Position numbers and translations under genes: made by a program. Below the pieces are notes generated by a model. It was not told the origin of the DNA. It searched no databases and saw nothing but the letters and a program-made list of their open reading frames with translations. A stretch of DNA of 64,000 nt from Gammaproteobacteria bacterium (GTDB lineage: Bacteria > Pseudomonadota > Gammaproteobacteria > Arenicellales > Poriferihabitantaceae): contig JBLIOD010000007.1 of the NCBI GenBank assembly GCA_047639475.1, positions 18,308-82,307 on the forward strand. Reading direction: 5' to 3'. The stretch's first letter is position 1. Every line of letters starts with the position of its first letter. Shown here piece by piece: positions 49,638 to 58,444 of the stretch.

Positions 49638-50945
49638 ATGGCTACAGATTTAGCAAAATTTGCCAAAGAAAAAGGCATTAAGTACTTTATGGTGACGTAC
49701 ACCGATTTATTCGGTGGACAGCGGGCAAAATTGGTACCGGCACCAGCTATCGCAGAAATGCAAGAAAATGGAGCGGGCTTTGCTGGCTTCGCAACTTGGA
49801 TGGACTTGACCCCAGCGCACCCAGATATGTTGTCATTGCCAGACCCAGAGTCGGTAATTCAACTCCCTTGGAAGCCAGAAGTCGCGTGGCTTGCGGGTAA
49901 CTGCATGATGGAAGGTAAGACGGTCGACCAAGCACCACGTAATATTTTAAATAAACTCATTGGTGAAGCAGCTGAGTTAGGGTTGCGCGTTAAAACGGGT
50001 GTTGAAGCTGAATTCTTTTTATTGACACCAGAAGGCGATCAAATTGCGGATAAATTCGATACAGCCGAAAAGTCATGTTATGACCAGCAAGCGGTAATGC
50101 GTCGTTATGACGTTATCACTGAAATTTGCGATGCCATGTTAGAGCTTGGCTGGAAGCCATACCAGAATGACCACGAAGACGCCAATGGCCAATTCGAGAT
50201 GAACTGGGAATATGATGACGTATTGATTACGGCTGATAAGCATTCATTCTTCAAGTTTATGACCAAGTCGATCGCTGAAAAGCACGGTTTACGTGCGACA
50301 TTTATGCCTAAGCCAATTGAAGGCCTAACGGGTAATGGTTGTCATGCTCACGTGTCTGTTTGGGACATGGACGGCAAGGTAAACTTATTTGCAGACGACT
50401 CAATGGAGTTAGGTTTAGCGGAAAAAGGGCGTCATTTCTTGGGTGGTATCATGAAGCACGCTTCTGCCTTGGCAGCGATTACTAACCCAACGGTTAACTC
50501 ATACAAGCGAATTAACGCGCCGCGTACTATGTCTGGCGCCACATGGGCACCGAACTCAGTAACATGGACAGGAAACAACCGCACTCACATGGTGCGTGTT
50601 CCTGCTCCAGGACGTTTTGAGTTCCGTTTAGCTGATGGCGCGGCGAATCCTTATCTACTGCAAGCGGTTATCTTAGCGGCTGGCTTAGACGGCATACGCA
50701 ATGAGCTTGACCCCGGTAAACGTTATGACATTGATATGTATAAAGATGGCCATAAAGTAAAAGGGGCACCATTATTGCCGCTTAACTTACTAGATGCCTT
50801 GCGCGCTTTCGAAAAGGACAAGGGCCTGCAAGAAGCTTTAGGTATGGAGTTTTCCAAAGCTTATGTGAAATTGCGCATGATTGAGTGGAACGATTATTGT
50901 TCCCATTTTACTGCTTGGGAACGTAACAACGCGCTTGATGTGTAA
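49638..50945 (+). CDS. gmaS: Glutamine synthetase-like ligase, gamma-glutamylmethylamide synthetase candidate
   Basis: 435 aa with GS catalytic blocks (GVEAEFF, NDHEDANGQFEMN, GNGCHAHVS, NSYKR, RFEFRLAD). Size and mgsABC linkage match GmaS/GlnT-type enzymes. Confidence 0.75.
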   Translation: MATDLAKFAKEKGIKYFMVTYTDLFGGQRAKLVPAPAIAEMQENGAGFAGFATWMDLTPAHPDMLSLPDPESVIQLPWKPEVAWLAGNCMMEGKTVDQAPRNILNKLIGEAAELGLRVKTGVEAEFFLLTPEGDQIADKFDTAEKSCYDQQAVMRRYDVITEICDAMLELGWKPYQNDHEDANGQFEMNWEYDDVLITADKHSFFKFMTKSIAEKHGLRATFMPKPIEGLTGNGCHAHVSVWDMDGKVNLFADDSMELGLAEKGRHFLGGIMKHASALAAITNPTVNSYKRINAPRTMSGATWAPNSVTWTGNNRTHMVRVPAPGRFEFRLADGAANPYLLQAVILAAGLDGIRNELDPGKRYDIDMYKDGHKVKGAPLLPLNLLDALRAFEKDKGLQEALGMEFSKAYVKLRMIEWNDYCSHFTAWERNNALDV

Positions 50946-50965
50946 ATAGAAATTCGGTTTGCTTT

Positions 50966-50994
50966 AGTTAACCAAACCAAACCTTTGGTTAACT
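50966..50994 (+). terminator. Hairpin after gmaS (candidate terminator)
   Basis: Perfect 11-bp stem AGTTAACCAAA / TTTGGTTAACT with a 7-nt loop, 20 nt after the stop, and a weak U-tract. A second 10-bp hairpin lies at 51027-51049. Confidence 0.5.
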
Positions 50995-51743
50995 TTAGTC
51001 GTAAGAATTTTGAAGTTGGCGACGCTATGCCTGCAGAATCTGCAGGCATTAGCCTGTTACTTGAAAGCTTTGCAAATTAGGCGGTATGCTTCCCTTGCGC
51101 AAGTTGAATAAAAGACCTCATTCTGTAAGTTTGAGTGTTTAGAGTAGAAGTATTTTGATTGCCATTTAGACGTTTTCGACGACGTGGCTATTAGTTATAC
51201 TGTGTTTGAAACCGCTATCGCGCACAACATGACGCGCTTGTCTTGCACTTGGAAAACCATGTTTAGGCAGGGAGTATCATCTACATGATAGGGTACTTAT
51301 ATACGCTTAATATTGAATCGACAGCCGAATATCGTGAGTGTGCTCACATTCAAAGATCGGCAACTTAAGACGATCACCATTGCGCTACAGTTTTACAGGC
51401 GCATGGAAGTAATCTGACACAAAACGACTTTTACCGCGGCCTATTTCACCATGAAGCTGATTCCCCTTTCAGCGAACCCATTTTACGGCTCAGATTTTAG
51501 AGCCAATGAGATTGGTGTGCTGTGCTTTAGTCAGTTTTTCCTGTTTGACGCAAATCCTGATGCGGTCCAAAATCCATTTTAATGAAAGATATCAAACTTG
51601 GCTGGAATCAGAGCGGCTGACTTATGCTAAGGGATGGAAGGGGCATTGCCCCTCGCTTTTCGGAATGTTGAATTAAAACAAGGCCTGTGTAAGGAAGTTT
51701 AGGTGCGACGGTTTTTTAACCAGGCACTAGCCTAGTAATAACG

Positions 51744-52754
51744 TTATTGGTATTGGGATAGCCAGGTGACCAATTCTTTATGATAAGGCGTGACCCCTTT
51801 ATAGTCCGCTAATTTGGGGTGTAAGCCCTTAATGACTTTATACAAGCGCTTTGCCCAGTCTGGGTTTTCGTTACATAAATCTTCCATTGACGCGAGATAG
51901 CCGCGCACACTAAATAGCATGCCATTGCTTCGAGGTAAACGAAACAACCCCTGTAATTCAACGCGTAAATGCACTAACTGCCCCGCATTTTCGGCGGTGA
52001 CCGTAGACCTGTCTACGCCCCACTCATGATACGTTTCAGGAGAACTGTCCATGCGAGGATTAATGGTTAGCGTCCAGTTTAAACGCCGTACTGGTTGACC
52101 TAGCCTGATCATCAGTAGGTATTTTAGCGCACGGTCAAATACGCCTAGTTCATGGGCCACAGGTACCGGGCCGTGCCATTGACTAAAAGACATGCCAACG
52201 TCAAAATTACCGCTCCAATCCGCTACACTGGTAGCCACTAAAGAGTCGGCAAATAAGTCATTCTCTCGTTGGTCTAGTACGACTAGGTCACCTTGATTTT
52301 GGCGGGCGATATACTCGAGTGGGGCATAAGGCAGGGTATTTTTGTTGCCAAACACGAAGCTGTCTTTAATGCCAAGCGGTTTATTCTCCCATACCCAGTT
52401 GTCGCCGTCTTTGGTCAACGTGAAATGTTCAGGGTAATCGCGCGAGTTGGACTCCATTATTAGCTCGAATACATCCCACTCGTGCAGGTCCATATGGGAT
52501 AGCGAAGCGTAACGTCGTGGGTCTTTCTCCAACACGGTTCTACGCTCTTCCATTTCTGAAAGGTAATGTTCGTCAACATCAAAAGCATGTTCGAAGATCG
52601 AACCAGGGTCGCCTCCGTCATGCATCTCCATGTTGACGCTATACATGTAATCGTCTTCAGGGAAAGGGAAGGGGAAGCGTTTAAGCGCTTCTGGGCTATT
52701 GTTATAGGTGAATTTGCCGCGCATGCTTTGCGCTGGCTTCATAGCGATGTTCAT
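51744..52754 (-). CDS. dmmC: DUF3445 (haem-dependent oxidative N-demethylase alpha-like), dimethylamine monooxygenase subunit DmmC-like
   Basis: 336 aa. Last gene of a four-gene string containing GcvT-like, Zn-ribbon, and PDR-type reductase genes, the composition reported for DmmDABC/HODM. Confidence 0.7.
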   Translation of the reverse strand: MNIAMKPAQSMRGKFTYNNSPEALKRFPFPFPEDDYMYSVNMEMHDGGDPGSIFEHAFDVDEHYLSEMEERRTVLEKDPRRYASLSHMDLHEWDVFELIMESNSRDYPEHFTLTKDGDNWVWENKPLGIKDSFVFGNKNTLPYAPLEYIARQNQGDLVVLDQRENDLFADSLVATSVADWSGNFDVGMSFSQWHGPVPVAHELGVFDRALKYLLMIRLGQPVRRLNWTLTINPRMDSSPETYHEWGVDRSTVTAENAGQLVHLRVELQGLFRLPRSNGMLFSVRGYLASMEDLCNENPDWAKRLYKVIKGLHPKLADYKGVTPYHKELVTWLSQYQ

Positions 52755-52779
52755 TTAAATAGAATGGGTTGTATGGCGG

Positions 52780-53736
52780 TTAAAGATCAAGGACTAGGTC
52801 ATCATTGATCGCTCTAGAAATGCAAGGCATAATGCAATTGTTCGCTGCCTTTTCTTCGTCGCTTAGGTAGTAATCACGGTGCTCGGGTTCTCCTGATACA
52901 ACATCAGTTTTACAAAACCCACAGGCGCCACCGCGACAAGAATAGGGTACCTCGACTCCGGTTCGTTCTAAGGCTTCTAACAAGCTCTCGCGTTCGCTCA
53001 CGTGCACATCGCGTTGTGAGCGGGCGAGCTTCACGCTAAATGGTTGGCCTGCATCAGGAGCTTTAAATTCTTCACTGTGTATGGCCGATTGTGGCCACCC
53101 TCTGCTTTCCGCAATACGCAAGACATCTTCCACCATGCGGTGCGGGCCACATACATAGACATGTGTTCCTAATGGTTGCTTACTAAGCAACTGCTTGAAA
53201 TCTAAAACTTGATCTTCGCCGCGATCGTATATGAACACCTCTTTCAGATTATTCTCAACGAGTTCTGCAACAAATGGCCCATGCTTGGCATTTCGCACTG
53301 CGTAGTGCAACTCGAAAGGGGAGTTGGTCATTTTCATGTCACGAATAAATGCCATGAAAGGGGTAATGCCTACGCCGCCCGCTATAAATAAATGTTTGTG
53401 TGCTAACCAGTGTACTGGGAATAAATTAAATGGATTACCGACTTCAAGCTGCGATCCTACCTCTACCTCATCGTGCATGTACGCAGAACCACCTCGTCCA
53501 TTTGCTTCTCGGCGAACCGCTATTTGGTATTGTTTGAAGTCGGGCGAGTTTCTAACTAAAGAGTACGGGTTTTTATAGCTGCGCTGTTCATCATCCATGC
53601 TGACCACGATATGGCTGCCTGCTGAGAAAGGTGTAAACGGCTCGCCGTCGTTACGTTCAAAGGTAAAGCCTTTGATTATGGGCGTTAACTGCTCAACATT
53701 AATAACCGTTACAGGAATTGAAAAGTTGGTGGTCAT
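52780..53736 (-). CDS. dmmB: Phthalate-dioxygenase-reductase-type FMN/NAD(P)H/[2Fe-2S] oxidoreductase, DmmB-like
   Basis: 318 aa with RSYKNPYSL (flavin), FIAGGVGITPF (NAD) and a C-terminal plant-type ferredoxin motif CRGGACGFCKT...CIMPC. Confidence 0.8.
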   Translation of the reverse strand: MTTNFSIPVTVINVEQLTPIIKGFTFERNDGEPFTPFSAGSHIVVSMDDEQRSYKNPYSLVRNSPDFKQYQIAVRREANGRGGSAYMHDEVEVGSQLEVGNPFNLFPVHWLAHKHLFIAGGVGITPFMAFIRDMKMTNSPFELHYAVRNAKHGPFVAELVENNLKEVFIYDRGEDQVLDFKQLLSKQPLGTHVYVCGPHRMVEDVLRIAESRGWPQSAIHSEEFKAPDAGQPFSVKLARSQRDVHVSERESLLEALERTGVEVPYSCRGGACGFCKTDVVSGEPEHRDYYLSDEEKAANNCIMPCISRAINDDLVLDL

Positions 53737-54344
53737 TTGTAGAGCTCTTGTTTTTTAGGAATGGTGCCTGGGCTTTCCGCATCGACGCGAAAGCCTAAAT
53801 AAGCGCCCATCTCACGTGAAAAATGGTCAATGTTAATGAGTGATAAGCCGCAGCCATTACACTCTGAGATATCTGTTGTAACGCCTTCATTAAGTGTTTC
53901 GCAGTGTGGGCAATACACTTGACGTGCAGAAGAGCCGTTCAGCTCCATGTTTATTTCACTTTTATGCATGCCGTGTTTGCTGGCAAGTTGATGGATTTTC
54001 CATAAGAAGGCTTCAGAGCCACTGATGTATAAGCGCAACCCCATAAAGCTTTTTTCTAAAATGTTAGGTAAGGCTGCAAGTAACGCATCCTTGTCTTCAA
54101 ATCGGCTTACTTTTGAGCAACGGTCTGTTGTAAAGTAAGCTTGAGCATAAGCCTTTTCAACGTCTTTGCCGGTATATAAGAACGTAGTGGCAGCCGAAGA
54201 AATGGTGTCGCTGTTGTTCAATAAATTGATCAAGCCGATTAAGCCATCCCCTTCGCCAATGAATAAATTCCAACGTGACAACGGGTCATGTTGAAGCTTA
54301 GTGTATTGTGGCTTGCTACGAATTCCAGAAGTGGTTTCTGCCAT
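53733..54344 (-). CDS. dmmA: Small subunit with tetracysteine zinc-ribbon, DmmA-like
   Basis: 203 aa with a CPHC...(14)...CNGC motif. 4-nt overlap with dmmB. Confidence 0.6.
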   Translation of the reverse strand: MAETTSGIRSKPQYTKLQHDPLSRWNLFIGEGDGLIGLINLLNNSDTISSAATTFLYTGKDVEKAYAQAYFTTDRCSKVSRFEDKDALLAALPNILEKSFMGLRLYISGSEAFLWKIHQLASKHGMHKSEINMELNGSSARQVYCPHCETLNEGVTTDISECNGCGLSLINIDHFSREMGAYLGFRVDAESPGTIPKKQELYK

Positions 54345-54611
54345 TTGTAAAATTCAATAAATAGTGGAGGTTGCAGCATAACGTAGCGAACGCAGAAAAG
54401 ACTAGGCTAAAACGAACGAAAATGCGGTGTTTATGTTTATAAATGGGCATTTTTAGTGGGTTTTTAACGACTTACTCTTGAGTACGATCGTTGTTATTTG
54501 TGCTGCAATCTCTAATGGTTAGGATTAAGCAAAGCTCGACACAGCAAATAACGACTTAAATGAAATAAGGAGAGGTTACGCCGAGCAATAGATGCTGTGG
54601 TCAGGCTTAGA

Positions 54612-55706
54612 TTAGCCGCGCATTTTCAGCTTTTCAGGGTCATAAAATGAGATAGACGTGATCGTTGCGGTGCAATTAACATCGCCCCTAACGTCTACTT
54701 TTGTGCCTACGGCATTTTGACCAACCGGTAAGTGACCAAGGGCCAATGATTTGCCCATGCGGTGCGACCAGATAGTACTATTAAGTGTACCCACTCGCTT
54801 ACCATCAATATGTAGTTCATCCCCTTCACCCACTAAATCAGTGTGATCAACTACGAGGCCGACTAGCTTAACGTTCTCTTTACCTTCGCTGGCTAATAAA
54901 GCTTCTTTGCCGCGGAAATCACCTTTGGTTTTGCTAACTGCAAAGCCAAGGTCTACTTCCCATGGGGTGATCGATTCATTCATGTCATAGGGGTAGAACA
55001 ATAAAGCAGATTCGATGCGAATTTTGTCCAAGCAAGCAAATGAGCAAGGCATTACGCCGGCATCGCTGCCTGCTTCTAGAATCTTGTCCCAAATTTCGCA
55101 AATATCTTCACGCTTTGAATAGACTTCATAGCCGCGCTCGCCTGAATAACCCGTTCGTGAAATGATCACGTCGATTCCAAATAACGTGGTTTCAGCTTGG
55201 CTGAAGAACTTAAGGCCCGCTAGATCAAGTGGTGTGTGAGGCGCCAATATTTCCAGTGCTTTTGGCCCTTGAAGCGAAACATCTTGGATGGCGTCGGTCT
55301 GCTCGACGGTCGCATTTAAACCTTTAGCGCTTTCATTAAGCATTTCCAGGGCGTGACCAGAGCCATGTGCCACTAAGTAACGCTCTGTATCAAAACATGC
55401 AATGATGGCGTCATCAGTGATGGTGCCTTCTTCAGTAAGCACTAAACCATAGGCTGATTTGCCGGGTTTCACTTTTTTCATGTCACGAGTAAAGATGTGA
55501 TCAACAACGGCTTGGGCATCTGGCCCTGTTACCCAAGCTTTCATTAAACCAGATACATCAAACAAGCCTGCGCGTTCTCGAATAGCGTCATGCTCATCTC
55601 GGGCGTCTGAAGAATAAGTCCAGGCAGTGCCGACACCAATCCAATCTTCAAGGTTTGAACCTAAAGCACGATGGCGTGAAGCTAGTTCGGATTGTAATCT
55701 TTTCAT
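54612..55706 (-). CDS. dmmD: GcvT-fold tetrahydrofolate-binding protein, DmmD-like
   Basis: 364 aa with aminomethyltransferase-like blocks (AGLFDVSGLMK, YSGERGYEVY). First gene of the dmm string. Confidence 0.75.
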   Translation of the reverse strand: MKRLQSELASRHRALGSNLEDWIGVGTAWTYSSDARDEHDAIRERAGLFDVSGLMKAWVTGPDAQAVVDHIFTRDMKKVKPGKSAYGLVLTEEGTITDDAIIACFDTERYLVAHGSGHALEMLNESAKGLNATVEQTDAIQDVSLQGPKALEILAPHTPLDLAGLKFFSQAETTLFGIDVIISRTGYSGERGYEVYSKREDICEIWDKILEAGSDAGVMPCSFACLDKIRIESALLFYPYDMNESITPWEVDLGFAVSKTKGDFRGKEALLASEGKENVKLVGLVVDHTDLVGEGDELHIDGKRVGTLNSTIWSHRMGKSLALGHLPVGQNAVGTKVDVRGDVNCTATITSISFYDPEKLKMRG

Positions 55707-56011
55707 GATGGTGACCTCGTGGGAATAATTTAGAAGCTAGGAAAAACTGAATCTTACCAATTTTTGGTTTTAATTTGAAATAACTGAAGCGTGCCGGAAT
55801 GCCAGCGTTCCAAAAGTTATTAACATTAAGGGCGACTATAGAGATATTGGAGCACTACTGGAATAGCTAAAATGATGCCAAATATATACCAATAGTTGGT
55901 CCAATAACGAACAGCAAACTGAGTTAATGGATCAGACTCTTTCTTATGTGGCAAACAAAGACCAACCTCACGATCGTGTTCTTATGGGTCGGCCATACTA
56001 GAGTAAGCTAG

Positions 56012-56050
56012 ATGGGCATAGACCAATTTACTGTTCTTTGCTATGCCCAT
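56012..56050. repeat. Perfect 10-bp inverted repeat downstream of the GntR gene
   Basis: ATGGGCATAG-N19-CTATGCCCAT. The loop contains an ACCAAT motif. No U-tract on either side. Confidence 0.6.
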
Positions 56051-56081
56051 AAGTCATAGCTGAATACTTCTTTAGCGCTTT

Positions 56082-56777
56082 TTAAAGCGTGCCGTCCAAA
56101 TCTGCACGTGCTCGGCGTAAATGTTCAGTCATTATTTCCATGGCTCGCGGCGCATCGCGGCGCTTGATAGCGCTTAACATGGCGCGATGTTGCATGTTGT
56201 AATGATCTATGGCTTCGGGTGTCAGTACATTGTCTTTGCGTGCAGTCCATTGGGTATGGCTGCGTATATCATTGATGCGTTGATACATCCAAATCAGCAA
56301 CGGGTTTTGAGAGCATTGCGCTAATATCAGATGGAAGGTTTCGTCTGCTATTGAAAATGCATCCGAATCATCTCGAGTTCTTTCCAATTGGGTGACCGCA
56401 TCCTCTAGTTGGCGTAGGTCACGGTTACTGGCGTTAGTCACTGCCAGCTTAACTATATAAGGCTCGATAGCGATACGCGTCTGAATTAACTCCATTGGGC
56501 TGGTGTCTTCAGCAATGTCGTCCTTTTGGAATTGCGGATTATAAATCGCAAAGGTTCCGCTGCCGGTTTTTATTCTGACTAGATGAGATTTTTCTAAGCG
56601 CTGCAAAGCGGAGCGTATTGTGCCACGTGCTACATTATAGGCGGCCGCCAGTTCTCTCTCTGGGGGTAATCGTTCATCATATTGATAGTGGCCGCTAAGG
56701 ATGGCTTCCTTTAGGTGTACGTATACACCTGTTGAGCCTTTAATGACGTGACTGAGTTGTGGTTCTTCTATGTTCAT
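56082..56777 (-). CDS. GntR family transcriptional regulator (FadR/FCD-type C-terminal domain)
   Basis: 231 aa with an N-terminal wHTH (LPPERELAAAYNVARGTIRSALQRLE) and a helical FCD-like C-domain. Divergent from the second cassette. Confidence 0.85.
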   Translation of the reverse strand: MNIEEPQLSHVIKGSTGVYVHLKEAILSGHYQYDERLPPERELAAAYNVARGTIRSALQRLEKSHLVRIKTGSGTFAIYNPQFQKDDIAEDTSPMELIQTRIAIEPYIVKLAVTNASNRDLRQLEDAVTQLERTRDDSDAFSIADETFHLILAQCSQNPLLIWMYQRINDIRSHTQWTARKDNVLTPEAIDHYNMQHRAMLSAIKRRDAPRAMEIMTEHLRRARADLDGTL

Positions 56778-57004
56778 GCTGTCTGCTAATGCTTTTAAAT
56801 GTTATCTCTAGGGTCATAAAGAAAGCGAGTTTCCGCGATGTGAACAACTCTGTACCAATAAACTAAAACGGTCTATGTCTGGTATACGATATTATCATAC
56901 ATTGGCTTCTATGCCATTTGCAAGCGCTTCGGTGAAGTGATTTAATAGTTACAGGAGGGTGAGAAAGCCTCAAATTAAACCATAAGAGAACCAATTATAT
57001 TCCA

Positions 57005-58348
57005 ATGGCAATACCAACTTCAGCGAAATACTTAATCATAGGAGCAGGCATACATGGTCTTAGTACTGCTTATCATTTAGCGCTTAACTTAAAGGCGCAA
57101 GGTAAAGGTGACGGTAGTGATATACTTATTATAGACAAAGATTCTATTGCAGCCGGCGCTTCGGGTATTGCTTGTGGTGTAGTACGTAATAACTACTTTC
57201 AACCGGCAATGCGTGAGTTAATGGCGCAATGCGTGGAAGTATGGGAAAGCGACATGGAAGCTTTTAGCTACCATCCAGTTGGTTATATGCAGATAAGCCC
57301 AGAAAGCATGCATGATGATGTTGCCACTATTGCGAAACAGCAAAAAGAAATTGGTTATGAATCTACCTTCATCGAAGGTGAGAAAGATTCAATGGATTAC
57401 ATGAAAGGCATCTTTCATGATTGGCAGGCGAAAGGCATCACGTCTGTTCTACATGAAAAGAAGGGTGGTTTCTCTAACAACACTAAGGCAATGTACGGCT
57501 TAGCGAAGAAAGCAGAAGGTGAGGGCGTTCGTATTCAAGCAGGCGTTACCGTCACTGGCTTTGAGCGTGATAGTGGTTCTGAAGCAGTGCGTGCGGTTAT
57601 AACCGATAAAGGCAACATCCAGTGTGATCAATTGGTTATCGCACCTGGCCCGTGGGCCAAGCAAATGTGGGATATGTTAGACCTACAAAAAACAGTAGAT
57701 ATCAAGGCTGCTGACGGCACCATTCATACAGATATCCCGATGTGGATTTACTGGTCTTTACAAGAAGGCACTTTGGGCGTTGATCCAGAAATGCAAAAGA
57801 CCAACGATGGCAAAGCACCGCCTGTTATTCACGTTGACTCAAATGAGCCACTATATTCAGACCTTGACGGTAGCTTAGTAACAGATGAAATGTGGGGTAT
57901 TTACTACAAGCCTGATTTTCACTTTAACGGCATTCAAGGCGGCGCAGCACCGTTCCCCATTACCACGCCTCCAGACGAAGTAGCGGTTGATCCATACGGC
58001 GTTGATTCGCCTGATTTCGTGGTGGGCGAAGATTTCGCACACATGTGGGTGTCTGCATTGGCGCATTGTCAAAAGCGTTTTGAAGGCCAAATGGTTAACT
58101 ACAGCAGTGAGCCATCGGGTGGAATTGGTTCATTTACGCCAGATAGCTTCCCAGTATTCGATCAATTCGTTGATAACGTCTACCTAATCGCTGATTCAAA
58201 TCACGGTTATAAGATGATTGGTGTAGGAAAATTAGTCGCACAAGAATTATGTGGTGAACCTAGCGCATTGTTAGAACCTTTTAGATTCTCGCGATATGCG
58301 GAAGGTAAGCTTCACCCTGTATCAAGTAGCCCGTTCCCATGGAGCTAA
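57005..58348 (+). CDS. DAO-family FAD-dependent oxidoreductase (sarcosine oxidase beta / PuuB-like)
   Basis: 447 aa with an N-terminal Rossmann YLIIGAGIHGLSTAYHLA, a GASGIACGVVR block and a C-terminal SNHGYKMIGVG block. Confidence 0.8.
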   Translation: MAIPTSAKYLIIGAGIHGLSTAYHLALNLKAQGKGDGSDILIIDKDSIAAGASGIACGVVRNNYFQPAMRELMAQCVEVWESDMEAFSYHPVGYMQISPESMHDDVATIAKQQKEIGYESTFIEGEKDSMDYMKGIFHDWQAKGITSVLHEKKGGFSNNTKAMYGLAKKAEGEGVRIQAGVTVTGFERDSGSEAVRAVITDKGNIQCDQLVIAPGPWAKQMWDMLDLQKTVDIKAADGTIHTDIPMWIYWSLQEGTLGVDPEMQKTNDGKAPPVIHVDSNEPLYSDLDGSLVTDEMWGIYYKPDFHFNGIQGGAAPFPITTPPDEVAVDPYGVDSPDFVVGEDFAHMWVSALAHCQKRFEGQMVNYSSEPSGGIGSFTPDSFPVFDQFVDNVYLIADSNHGYKMIGVGKLVAQELCGEPSALLEPFRFSRYAEGKLHPVSSSPFPWS

Positions 58349-58444
58349 CGGCGTTGTCAGAGTAGTTAAGTAATTTGTTCCAAAAAAATCAAAAATAGTC
58401 GCAACTGTAAAGTTGCAAGTTTATAAATCAAGAGAGGAGAGAAA

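Noticed and set aside
51170-51583. Possible pseudogene frame in the gmaS-dmmC gap (one plus-strand frame with only four stops)
   Set aside because: The stop density is not far from the random expectation for this composition. The conceptual peptide matches no family I recognise. It is kept only as part of the ORF-free-gap finding.
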